DNA of 64,000 nucleotides, from NCBI GenBank assembly GCA_964016885.1, contig OZ024748.1, positions 51,770,001-51,834,000 on the forward strand, given 5' to 3'. Made by a program: the position numbers and the translations under genes. The DNA is from Eledone cirrhosa (taxonomy: Eukaryota). Position 1 is the stretch's first letter. Every line of letters begins with the position of its first letter. A model generated the notes under the pieces. That model saw only the letters and a program-made list of their open reading frames with translations. It did not search any database and was not told the DNA's origin. Shown one piece after another: positions 41,843 through 53,411 of the stretch.

Positions 41843-41914
41843 TGCACCAGTCATCAGATATTTCTTTACTATCATCATATTCACTACTGTCAGCATCACT
41901 TCCATCAGAGAGGC

Positions 41915-42091
41915 ATTATCGATAGAGCATCAGACACCATGTTTTGTGGCATAGAGTTATGGCCCTTTAGGTTCTGAGTTGAAAACCTGCCGAGGTTAGC
42001 TTTGCCTTTCATCCTTACGGGGTCGATAAAATAAAGTACCAGTTATGTACTGAGTAATTGCTGGCCTTGTGCCAAAAAGTAGAAACAATTA
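41915..42091 (+). mobile_element. SINE A
   Basis: Family A body and 3' end. Confidence 0.88.
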
Positions 42092-43384
42092 TTTGTAATA
42101 TGTTTGCAGTGCCTAATAGTGCTGTTTTTTTAATGATATACATACAGTGGTGATGATGATGGGATGGTGACGATTGGAGGGATGGTGATGGTGGTGGTGT
42201 TGATGATGATGATGATGATGGGGACAGTTATGAAAGTTGTGATAGTGATGCTGGTGATGTGGATGGCAGTGAATTTAATAATAAGAACTGAAGTAATTGG
42301 TGGATTTAGAACAGGAAGATAACAATACTACTGCTATTACTACTACTACTATCACTACCATTACTACCACCACTAATGCAAATACTAAGATTGTCTCTAA
42401 TACTTAGTCTGTTGACAAATTTCTACTACCACCACCACCACTACTACTATTAACACTAATATTAATACTAAGAATAATACTAATGCTATGTCTGTTGGCC
42501 AGCATCATTTCGTAATTCTTTTTTTAAAAGATAGGATATTTTGGGCAGAGAAGAAACGTTCTACAACTACAAGAACAAAGGCTACAACAACAAAAAGACT
42601 TCAACAAGAAAGCCTACAACAAAAAGTACCACAAGAAAGACTACAACAAAAAGTACCACAAGAAAGACTACAATACCAAAGCAAAGACTACAACAACAAA
42701 AATACCACAAGAAAGACTACAACAACAGCAACACCAACAGTCAACAGATGAAGACAATAACAACTACAACATCAACAACAACAAAGACAACACCAACACC
42801 AACCACAACAACAACAATTACAACAACAACAAAGACAATAGCAACTACATCAACACCAACCACAACAACAACTACAACGTCAAGAAAAACAACAATGCTT
42901 CTTATAACACAACCAACAATAAAAACAACATCTCCAAACTGTAAGAAACAAAGAAACAAAATATGTATTAAATTAGTACTCAAGTGAAGACATAATTAAA
43001 AGCTAGAAACAATAGAGAAGCCATCCACACACAAGTTGTGCTAAAAATAAGCTGTAGTTTTAATGTAATCAATTGAAAGATAAAGGAATTAAGAAGACTA
43101 GACAGGGGGGAGAGGGGGGAGGAAGAGAAAGAAAGGAAGAAAGAAACTGAAGAAAATGTATCACACTATTTTGAATTCACTTGATCCAAAATAATAACCA
43201 AAAAAAATGTGGAAAAAACCCCACAAGAAAACAAAATATCAACAAAAAGAGACAATGGCAGATGTAAACTATATTTACCATGGGAATTTTTGGAGGTGAT
43301 GGTAGTGCGGTGTGGTGCGGTGCAGTGCAGTGTGGTGCGGTGCAGTGCAGTGCAGTGCGATGTGGTGTAGTGTGTGGTGGAAGC

Positions 43385-43953
43385 AGAAAGAGAAAGAGAA
43401 GAGGAGAGACAGAGCAGGAGAGAGAGAGAGGAAGAGAGAGAAAGATCAGGAGAGAGAGGGAGAGAGCAGGAGAGAGAGGGAGAGAGCAGGAGAGAGAGGG
43501 AGAGAGCAGGAGAGAGAGCAGGATAGAGAGGGAGAGAGAGCAGGATAGAGAGGGAGAGAGAGCAGGATAGAGAGGGAGAGAGCAAGATAGAGAGGGAGAG
43601 AGCAGGATAGAGAGAGAGAGAGAGCACGAGAGTAGGAGAGAAAGGGAGAGAGATAAGAGGGAAAGAGAGAAAGAGCAAGGGGGAGAATGAGAGAGGGAGA
43701 AAGGGAGGAGGAGAGAGGGAAAAGAAGGAGAGAGAAGAGAGAGAGAGAAACAGAGAGAGAGAGAAAGAGAAGAGAGAGAGAGAGAAAAGAGAGAGAGAAA
43801 GAGAGAGAGAAAAACAGAGAGAGCAACAAAGAGAAAGAGAGAAGAGAGAAACAGAGATAGATAAAGAGAAGAGAGAAACAGAGATAGATAAAGAGAGAGA
43901 GAAACAGAAATAGATAGAGAGAGAGTGAAAGAGAGAGAAACAGAGATTGAAAG

Positions 43954-44032
<79 letters not shown>
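43385..44032. repeat. (GA)n-rich polypurine array with 20-22 bp GAGAGCAGGA(T/G)AGAGAGG units
   Basis: Directly visible. Confidence 0.95.
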
Positions 44033-44034
<2 letters not shown>

Positions 44035-44484
44035 CAAATGTCCCAAACACAGTAAATTACTATAGAATCACAACTGCAAAACCTGGGAGTAAACAATACA
44101 AACGAAACACAATAACATAAAATATAATATAAAATAGTTATAGCTTAATAAGAGAGAGTAGCTCCAGATTAATATAAATTAAAACAAAATACAGAGGTTA
44201 TAGAGACAGAGGTTGTAGAGAGAGAGATTGTGGGGGAGGTGGATAGAGGGGGAGTAGAGAGGGGGGCAGGCATGGGGAGGGGGAGTAGAGAGGGGGGAGG
44301 GGGTAGACAGAAAGGAAAGACAAGAGAATGGTTTATTATTCCCCAAAACACAGAGACTATGGTTATTGATATGGATTGTGGAGCAAAGAAATAGAAGAAA
44401 TTGTGAGGGACAAATACACACTTATACACACACACACGTGTGTGTGTATATATATATATATATATATTTATACAAACATATATA

Positions 44485-44920
44485 TCATCATCACCGTTTT
44501 ATGTCCATTTTTCCATACTAACATGGGTTAGATGAGTTGTCCTGTTGTGAGCAATGCTAGGTCAGCTGACCAAGTCTTGCTCATACAGGACAGATACTTA
44601 AGTTTCATTGGGTTTAACTCCAACTCAAGGCAGACTGAATGAGTTGGTGTGAAACCCAATGAAACTTAAGTATCTGTGTATGCCATTGTTGTAACATCAT
44701 CATCATGATCATCACCGTTTTACGTCCGTTCTTCCACGCTAGCATGGGTTAGACGGGTTGTCCTGTTGTGGGCAGTGTCCAGTCAGCTGACCTTGTCTTG
44801 CTCATACGGGAACCGATCCTGGCTTGATTTCTACAGCTGGATGCCCTTCCTAACACCAACCTCATTTATAGTGTGGGCTGATGCTTTTTTTGCCGTGGCA
44901 CCTCCACAACCACTTTGCAG
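44485..44920 (-). mobile_element. Two SINE C copies (44485-44591, 44697-44920) flanking a fold-back element
   Basis: Both begin (CAT)nCACCGTTTTA(T/C)GTCC..TTCCA. Confidence 0.85.
44630..44677 (+). ncRNA. Type I hammerhead ribozyme candidate with CUGAAUGA core
   Basis: gcaga CTGAATGA gttgg tgtgaaac ccaat GAAA cttaag TA tctgt; helices I and II pair, minimal palindromic helix III, GUA triplet. Confidence 0.7.
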
Positions 44921-44949
44921 TGGAATGATAGGGACCGCAGTCCCTATCA

Positions 44950-45093
44950 TCTCATTTCTACAGTTGAGTAAACTGGAGTAATGTGAAATAAAGTGTCTTG
45001 CTCAATGAAACAACACATCACCCAGTCTGAGAATTGAACTCACAACCTTTCAATTGCAAGCCCAATGCTTTAACCACTAAGCCATCTGCCTTC
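44950..45093 (-). mobile_element. SINE B 5' half
   Basis: GTGAAATAAAGTGTCTTGCTCAA...GAATTGAACTCACAACC...TAACCACTAAGCCA. Confidence 0.85.
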
Positions 45094-45369
45094 AGATTAT
45101 ATATAACTTGACCCATGGACTGTGTGCTCTAAATCATTGTATATTTATACCAAGTTTGAACATATATATATATATTTATATATAAGTATGAGAAAAAATG
45201 AGGAAGTTTCGTTTGCATGTATAATATATTTATTGTGTATTGACTTGTTACGCGCATTTCACCGAAGATTGGCTCAAGGTCACCCATAGGAGTGCCTGAG
45301 CATAGAGTGCTTGTTTTAGTACCACCACCAGTAATTCACTGAATCACCTACACTATCTATCTATCTCGA

Positions 45370-45427
45370 ATATCTGATGATGTCACCGGATTTATACTGA
45401 ACCCGTTCATTGAAATGATCATAGTAT
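45370..45427 (+). ncRNA. Decayed hammerhead-like motif
   Basis: atat CTGATGA, imperfect helix II, GAAA tgatca TA gtat. Confidence 0.5.
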
Positions 45428-45471
45428 AATAAACCTTTTAAGGAATTACACCAGTCCAGCCCCCTGTTATT

Positions 45472-45528
<57 letters not shown>

Positions 45529-46515
45529 CCAATAGTTTTACATCCATTTTGTGTGCTACTGTGTGTTGGATGAGACATTTTAAGGCAGAATTCTACAAGA
45601 CATATTGCCCGATACCAACTCTCATTTGGCTTTTAAAGAAAGTACAGATAAATCATTGCACATCTTAACGAGAACCAATTAATAGGAACCTTATAATTTA
45701 TCAGCTATCTAAAGCTCTAACATTAATTCCCCAGGGACCAATTAAAATGCTACAAGCCCCAAAACAGAAGGAGGTTTAGCATGATCATTCTACCTGCAAA
45801 AAAATAACAGTCAAATCTTCCTCAAAGAACAGAGTTCTATTTTAATAAAGGACAAATTGGAGAATGCAGTCTGGGTAACACTATTTTTGAAAATAAGATA
45901 GGAAGGGCATAGCTAAAATGTCTTTGATCATAGAACTGCTTAGTGAGGATTGATCTGTTGTTAAGCCTGTTCCATCACTGCAACCACCACCACCAACAAC
46001 ATCTAAATACAATGTAATAGAAAGGTAAAGAAAAAATACTAACATGGAATCTAAAAAGAAAGGAAATCAGATGAAAGTTGATTCATATAGCCATCTTTAA
46101 ATTTAATCAACCTCAATATACAAAGATATAATAACAATAAACCCTAATATTAAATAATATATTATATTTACTTCATGAAATATCAAAATTTATTTTCATT
46201 TTCTTTATTTCCACATACTGATTTCCTGTGACGTGATTATTAAAATGAGGTGTATGTGTGTGTCTGGTGGTGGTGCTGATGGTGGGGAGGAGGGCAGGGT
46301 GTTCATTTGCTAAGGTTTTCTGAAATTTTCTTAGTAGTAGTAGTAATAGTTCATTATAAATATCATTGTTTTTTTTTCATGTTATCTTAAAATATGTAGC
46401 TCTTTGTTAATAAACATTTTGTCGATGTAATTACATTCTGCATGTATGTATAATCTATATAGATATATATTATATCATATTATAGTATTAAATAATATTA
46501 TATATATATATAATT

Positions 46516-46703
46516 GGCGGTGAATTGGCAGATTAGGTAGAGAGTCGGACGCCATGCTTTCCAGTATAGTTACGTCTCTTTACGGTCTGAGTTCAAATCC
46601 CGCCGAGGTTAACTTTGCCTTTCATCCTTACGGGGTCGATAAAATAAAGTACCAGTAATGTACTGGGTAATTGCTGGCCTTGTGCCAAAAGTAGAAACAA
46701 TTA
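46516..46703 (+). mobile_element. SINE A
   Basis: Full length. Confidence 0.92.
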
Positions 46704-46720
46704 CATATATATATATATAT

Positions 46721-46914
46721 ATAGGAATGAGTAGGACCCCGACGGCTGAGCTCAAGCCATTTCGACGCCTACTTCTGTCCAGAAGTAGCCGTCGAAACGG
46801 CTTGAGCTCAGCCGTCGGGGTCCTACTCGTTCCTATTACCCACTCTACTACCCTAAGTATTGAGTACTTTGGTGCGTTATGGTCCACTTGGTTCCTTACC
46901 ACATTTCCTTCGTT
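46721..46914 (+). mobile_element. Fold-back element family H1 carrying the 3' half of a hammerhead
   Basis: Hairpin 46721-46836; GAAA cggct tgagctc agccg TC ggggtcc; flanked by (TA)n on both sides. Confidence 0.85.
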
Positions 46915-47015
46915 ATATATATATATATGTAAAAGGTAAACAGAAATAACAACACAATCGGTACAGTATATGGAAGGTATATATTAGGTTAATGCTTGAT
47001 ATAACAGGAAGAGGG

Positions 47016-47051
47016 TCTTAACGTTTCAGACGCTGTTTCTTCATCAGAAGA
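47016..47051 (-). ncRNA. Minimal hammerhead ribozyme (dimer type), family E
   Basis: tctt CTGATGA aga aacagcg tct GAAA cg TT aaga. Confidence 0.65.
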
Positions 47052-47299
47052 AAGAATGAGAAATAAAATAGATTGAGGGGGACGGGCTGGATGGAATTGG
47101 AAAAAATGTCTTTAGATAAAAATAACAGGTCCATTCATGCTGACATCTCTTGCAAAACTGTTGGTGCTGGTGTTTTGTGTACGATTTGTTTTTTAGAAAA
47201 GTGGATGATGGCGCGCGTCTACCTGAAATGGAATACATATGTATGTCTATATATGTATATCATATTATAAAATTTGATAATATAACATCATAGAAATGG

Positions 47300-48112
47300 C
47301 CATGTTCGTTATGTAGAAAAGGAGTTGGCATAAATTCTATAAAATGTACACAATGAAGATCTTGGGTACACAAGAGATGTAGTGGGATAGCAGGCAAACT
47401 AACAGGTAGGGAAAACTACGTATGCAGTAGATGTACAGGGAAATTACAGAAGTCACAGTGATAGACACATTTTTCAAATGCAGGTAGGATCTATAGAAGT
47501 GGTTGATAGCTTCTGGTATCTAGCTGATCAAATTAGCAAGGGAGGAGGGATGCTCTGAGGTCATAGTATCTAGAATAAGGATGGGTGGGAAAAAGTTTAG
47601 GGAGCTGCTTCCTCTGTTGACAAAGAAGGGTTTCTCCCTTCGAACGAAAGGCCAGTTATATGATGCCTGTGCACGATGCTGTATGGTAGGGAGACATGGA
47701 CAGTAACTGCAGAGGATATGTGACAGCTGGAGAGAAATGATGCAAGCATGCTCCGTTGGATGTGCAATGTCAATGTGCGTGAATGACCAAGCATAGATGA
47801 GTTGAGAGAGAAACTGTGCATAAAAAGGATAAATTGTAGTGTGTGGGAGAGAAGACTGCAATGGTATGGACATGTGATGCACATGGTGGATGACCGCTGG
47901 GTAAAGAAGTGCTAAGAAATCCCAGTAGAAGGAAGACGCTGTAGAGGAAGACCACGAAAAACATGAGCAGAGTTGGTGAGAGCAGACGTCAGATTGGTGG
48001 AGCTTATGGAGGAAATGACGAAGGACCATGACAAGTGGAGAGATGCTGTGCTGAATAGAAACCATTCCACCCTTGCAAGTAGGGAAAAGCAGATGGAAAA
48101 TGAGGATGAGGA
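47300..48112 (+). mobile_element. RTE LINE, RT C-terminal region to 3' end, frameshifted
   Basis: EVVDSFWYLADQI, RIRMG..KFRELLPLLT, KGQLYDAC, RRLQWYGHVM, RGRPRKT*, DHDKWR. Confidence 0.9.
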
Positions 48113-48119
48113 TAATATA

Positions 48120-48219
48120 CAGAGTGTCCCACAAAATGTAGATACACTTCAACAGAATTCTAATAAATATTGCCTATACAGATAATCAAAGTGTGTGAAG
48201 ATTTTTTGAAGACACCCTA
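48120..48219. mobile_element. Tc1/mariner-type MITE
   Basis: TA|CAGAGTGTCCCACAAAA ... TTTTTGAAGACACCCTA|TA; second copy at 50761-50963. Confidence 0.8.
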
Positions 48220-48243
48220 TACAAATCTGTGTGTGTGTGTATA

Positions 48244-48279
<36 letters not shown>

Positions 48280-48294
48280 AACATATATTCAAGC

Positions 48295-48832
48295 ATGTTT
48301 TGCAACGTGAGGACCAGAAACAGGAGGTGTTCAAGATTGCGAGGCAGTGTGTCAGAGAGAATTGTGATGTCATTGGAGAGAAGTGTATCCAGAATGATAA
48401 AGGTGAGCTTGCCCTCACAAGTGCTGAGAAGAAAGATGCGTGGAAGAGCCATTATGAAAGATTACTAAATGAAGAGAATGCATGGGAAGAAGAGCCCCAA
48501 CCCCCAAGTAGACCCTATAGAGGGGCCAGCAGTACAAGTCAGCAACAGCGTAGTAAGTAAGGCAATCAAAGATATGAAGACGGGGAAGGCAACCGGTCTG
48601 TCGGGTATAGCATCTGGGTCGGTAGGTTACACCATAACCACACATATTGTTAACCAGGTAATAGTAGAAGGTGTCATACCAAAGGATTGGTGCAGCAGCA
48701 TCATTATCAACTGCTACAAGAGTAAAGGTGATGTACTAGATAGAGGAAACTATAGAGGCATAAAGCTGATGGACCAGGTCATGAAAGTAACAGAAAGAGT
48801 AATAGCACAGTTGATTAGGGACCTGGTTAATA
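48295..48832 (+). mobile_element. RTE LINE fragment, linker and RT N-terminus
   Basis: AWKSHYERLLNEE...KAIKDMKTGKATG...IPKDWCSSIIINCYKSKGD..DRGNYRGIKLM..VMKV.ERV. Confidence 0.92.
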
Positions 48833-48834
48833 TA

Positions 48835-49485
48835 GGAATCAACATCATGCTGAAGGGAGGAAGACTTTAAGAAGAGGAAACCTTCAAGTTCCTTGAATCC
48901 ACTCTGACAAAAGATGCCTGATCTCAAAATGAGATATTGACAAGACTCACCCTGGCTACTTCTGCCAAGGTAAAGCTGAATGTCATATGGAAATGCAACA
49001 CCATCAGTTTTCCAACGAAGTTCAAACTATACAAGACCTTGGTGACTTCCATCATTTTGTATGGGTGTGAGAGTTGGACTCTCACAGCCAACATGGAATG
49101 AAGAAACCAATCATTTGAGCACAAGTGCTTCAGAAAGTTGCTACAAATCCCATACATGGAGCTCAAAACAAACAGCTTTGTCAGGCAACACATTAACAAA
49201 TATGCTGGCAGACAGGAAACACTCCTTACAACAGTGAAAATATGGAATTTTGCCTGATATGGTCATATATCCTGCCACAACTCCTTGTCCCAAACCATCC
49301 TTCAGGGCACAGTCGAGGGAAAGGCAGACAAAGAAAATCCTGGTCCAACAACATCAAAGACAGGACTAGTTACAACACTGAGACCCTCCTATGCATGATG
49401 GAGAATAGAGACCAATGGCAACAACTGACAGCAAAAGCATCTAGAGTGGCACCCCAACGACTGACTGCACGAGTTCTGGGATGAT
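48835..49485 (+). mobile_element. Second RTE family, 3' fragment
   Basis: ISFPTKFKLYKTLVTSIILYGCESWTL...FEHKCFRKLLQIPY...GRQRKSWSNNIKD. Confidence 0.9.
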
Positions 49486-49498
49486 TATATATATATAT

Positions 49499-49876
49499 AA
49501 AGTAAACCCCCAGATAAACTGTAAAACTAGAAACGTAGTCTATAGCATAAGATGTACAGAGGGTACTTGCAGAAATATGACAACAACATACATAGGTGAG
49601 ACAGCTCGAAGCATAGGAGAAAGGATAGACCAACATTGGGGGGAACTAAAAGGACGAAAAAACGGTTCAGTACTATACAAACACGCCAGACAATAACATG
49701 ACGGTAACATAGACAACATAGAAATTAAAATAATATCTAAACATAGAAATGACCCAGAAGATAGGAAAATCAGAGAGGCAAGCGAAATAGAGCTTAGAAG
49801 GCCAAAGCTAAACAGAAAAAATGAATGGAATAACAACAACACCCAAACAAAGAATACTGACCTAAGAGAAATATAA
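49499..49876 (+). pseudogene. PLE GIY-YIG endonuclease domain with one in-frame stop
   Basis: CKTRNVVYSIRC...C...YIGETARSIGERIDQH...LYKHARQ*H...DRKIREASEI...PKLNRKNEW; TAA at 49694. Confidence 0.9.
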
Positions 49877-50083
49877 ATAAATGAATAAATACACACACAA
49901 GCACAATAAAAACAAACATATAAACACACACTAGTAAACTAAGATAGAATACAATAACCAAAACAGTCACCCAAACACTATACACACACGCAAACGCATG
50001 CGCAGAGAAGACAAAAATCAATAAATAAATAAACAGAAAAAGTAAAAATGGCGTAGACATACAATACAACAGAAGGAACATAA

Positions 50084-50134
50084 TAGTACCACTGATGATG
50101 TTGCAGATGTGCAGCGAAAGAACTTTGTTAGACT
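50084..50134 (+). ncRNA. HHR-like core in the 3' UTR of the GIY-YIG element
   Basis: CTGATGA t gttgca gatg tgcagc GAAA; helices I and III degenerate. Confidence 0.5.
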
Positions 50135-50455
50135 ATATATATGTGTTTATATCTATATTATATGTGTGTATAGCTATATTATATCTGTATTTTTGACCAT
50201 TGGTCAGTCAATGATAAACATTGAGGACCAAATGAATTAACTGTGGAGATATAAAAGATACAGAAGCGAAAACCAACCAAACAGTGAGTGTGTTCTGTTA
50301 TTATTTCTGGCAATATTACAACAATATGACCCTCCTCAAGTATAACAATATATATATATATTCCAAGATGTTCACCTGACAAACTGCAGAAATAATCCCA
50401 CAGCAAAATGCAGGTATTTGATATGAAAATGTTGTGAAATTAACCTCATTTTGAA

Positions 50456-50668
50456 GGCGTGTGGCTGAGTGGTTAGAGAATTGGATTCGCAATCGTAAGG
50501 TTGTGAGTTCGATTCCTGGACCAGGTGATGCGTTATGTCCTTGAGCAAGACACTTTATTTCACGTTGCTCCTTCTACCTGGAGTTGCGACCGATAGATAG
50601 TATTAGCAATTGGAAAGACCAACGGAAACATTGTCCCTCGGTCCGATTTGACGAAAGTCGATCGTTCC
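50456..50668 (+). mobile_element. SINE B head and core with a different 3' portion
   Basis: TGGCTGAGTGG / GTTCGATTCC boxes; TGTCCTTGAGCAAGACACTTTATTTCAC. Confidence 0.85.
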
Positions 50669-50708
50669 TATATTGTGTATGCATATAAATGTATTTTGTG
50701 TATGTATG

Positions 50709-50746
<38 letters not shown>

Positions 50747-50760
50747 TATATATATATATA

Positions 50761-50956
50761 CAGGGTGACCACAAAAGACAGTCCTATATGAGCGAGACAT
50801 GGTCACCCTACCAATCTTGCCTCAAGTAGGACAATTCCCATCTAAACCCAGGCTAGCGTGGAAGATAGATTTTAAACGATGATGATGATGACTTCATTAG
50901 CATTCTAATAAATATTGCCTGTACAGGTAATCAAAGTGTGCATACATTTTTTGGGA

Positions 50957-50963
<7 letters not shown>
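50761..50963. mobile_element. Tc1/mariner MITE with an internal SINE C fragment
   Basis: TA|CAGGGTGACCACAAAA...TTTTTGGGACATTCTG|TA; SINE C tail at 50778-50891. Confidence 0.8.
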
Positions 50964-51002
<39 letters not shown>

Positions 51003-51006
<4 letters not shown>

Positions 51007-51222
51007 TTAATATAGATGAGATTCTACAGGACTAGAACTGTTTCATTCATTTGAAATCATCAGGAATCAGGGATTCCTGATGATTTCAAATGAATGAAAC
51101 AGTTCAAATGAATGAAACAGTTCTAGTCCTGTAGAATCTCATCTATATTAAAACTGTTATACTCTGCTATGTATTGAGTACCTTACTTACTGTGGTTACC
51201 TCCGATTCAACCCGGAATAACG
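51003..51222 (+). mobile_element. Fold-back element family H2 with two divergent HHRs
   Basis: Inverted repeat 51003-51155 plus tail ACTCTGCTATGTATTGAGTACCTTA; homologous to 60369-60560; (TA)n on both sides. Confidence 0.88.
51020..51068 (-). ncRNA. Complete type I hammerhead ribozyme
   Basis: gattc CTGATGA t ttc aaat gaa t GAAA cag ttctagtc ctg TA gaatc. Confidence 0.8.
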
Positions 51223-52776
51223 TATATATATATATATATATATAAACATACCCACATACACACACCTAAGCATATATATTTGTTTATTAATTAATTACTC
51301 TTACAGGACAAGTTCTGTTTCCTTATCAAATAATTTTTCTATGTTATGTATCTGATTCTGAGGATGATTGGTTATAAAACTTGTAGAATACAAAGTGAAA
51401 ATATTTTTCAATATTAATCTTTTCTGTTCAAATCCCCTTTACAATGACATTCCCTCTCTTCTATATGGTGGAAAGGACTGGTAAAAAATACATATACCAG
51501 TTAAACCAGTCCTGGGCTGCATACAACCCATGAGTCACATGCAACCCATTTGACTTTCAGAATGGCATGCCTAATCTCAAAGTTGCATTGAATTTTTTAG
51601 AAGTGTGGCCTGCCTCATGATGAGCCACATACTATGTGGCCCACTGCTTAAAAAAGGGTGCACATCCTTGAGGTATACACAGATGGCTGTTTTAACCAAT
51701 GATGCCACATTTTTCTAAAAGATTTTTCTAGCATCTGCCAAAAAAATCCCAACAAAATCTATATTTTTCATTTCTGTATTTCTCATTAGTGTCTGGTGGT
51801 GTGACTGACAAAAGATAATTAGGGGGTTTAAGAGGTCTGAGTGGATAGATACAAGCCCCCTTAGTTGGAGGGTAGGGCAAAAAAAAAAGAGTAGATAGAT
51901 AGGGTTAAAGTAGAACAAGGCTAGGAAATAGTTCCTTCTCATTGACTTTCTACTGTTCTAATTATTATTGTAATTCATCCTTCAACAACATAGCATATAT
52001 ATGATTAACAACAAATAAACAATAATTATGGTGAATAAAAAAAATCTAGATTAGTTTAACAGTTTTATAGTTTTTACATATTTTTCTTTTACTTTTGATT
52101 ACTTTAGGTTTTTACTTTTGTTGTTTCGAGTTTTTGCCCTTTTTTTCTCAAACCCTTTTTCTTAATCTGTCTTATTTTTTTCATTATCATATTTCAAGAA
52201 TATAGCATATATGTATGAGTCTGTGGTAGGGGTTTTAATACTTCATGCTTGGGTAGATGTGTTCAAGATGATGGGGAGAGAAATAAGTTGTGTGTGTGTA
52301 TGTGTGAGTAAGTCTTCTGTCTCACTGCATCTGTATATTTATGTATGTATTTAATTGCATATATGTCACCTTCATTTAGTATATTTCTACACTACAATAC
52401 CTATATATACATATAACTATACACACACTCACACACAAACACATCTATATATATGTGTGTGTGTGTGTGTATGTAGGTATGTATGTATAAAATACATACA
52501 TACTTTAATATAATGTTTGCATTACATTACTTCAAATATATGTGTTCCAATTTTATTCTTTTCCTATTTTCATTTGTTATTATCATTATTATTGTTGTTG
52601 TTGTTGTTGTGTCTTTCTGCCCCCTAAAAATTAACATTGTTCTCCATTTCAAACAATCCTCAGTTCACACTATCTGAAGTCAGTGAAAATGACAAAAAGT
52701 GATTTATTTGACTTCAAATTAAATCTTGAATATTTTTTTAGTTCAACAAATATCTCCTTGACACACACATGTATAT

Positions 52777-52849
<73 letters not shown>

Positions 52850-53061
52850 TGTCTGTATGTGTCATATAAATATATATATATATATGACACATACAGACAG
52901 GCAATATACATTACACTAGTAGCTTTAGCTATATTATCATGGAACACTTTTCGATTGTATTTGCTCGTTTTTGTTTCAAGGAGGTAGACTAAATATGCAA
53001 CCCTTATTTCCTGGAAGGTATCTTCAACAGGTTCAAATGTTGACTGTGTACTAAGCATTTT

Positions 53062-53411
53062 GAAGCACAGAGTTACGGCCCTTGCCATTCTGAGTTCGAA
53101 TCCCGCCGAGGTTAACTTTGCCTTTCATCCTTACGGGGTCGATAAAATAAAGTACCAGTAATGTACTGGGTAATTGCTGGCCTTGTGCCAAAACTAGAAA
53201 CAATTATAGTTTATATAATGCTTAGTACACAGTCAACATTTGAACTTGATTAGATACCTGCATAGTTACCAGCATAGTTACGTCCCTTTACGATCTGAGT
53301 TCAAATTCCGCCAAGGTTAACTTTGCCTTTCATCCTTACGAGGTCGAAAAAATAAAGTACCAGTAATGTACTGGGTAATTGCTGGCCTTTTGCCAAAAGT
53401 TGAAACAATTA
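53062..53411 (+). mobile_element. Two 5'-truncated SINE A copies (A1 53062-53207, A2 53270-53411)
   Basis: Both followed by TAGTTTATATAATG. Confidence 0.88.

Noticed and set aside
40923-41954. Asp/Gly-, Ser/Pro- and Ile/Thr-rich ORFs
   Set aside because: Trinucleotide array open in most frames; no unique coding flanks
50456-50530. Functional tRNA gene
   Set aside because: A and B boxes run directly into a SINE core; no intact acceptor stem or terminator
51507-51670. Possible decayed hAT MITE
   Set aside because: Only a right-end-like motif; no matching TIR or TSD found
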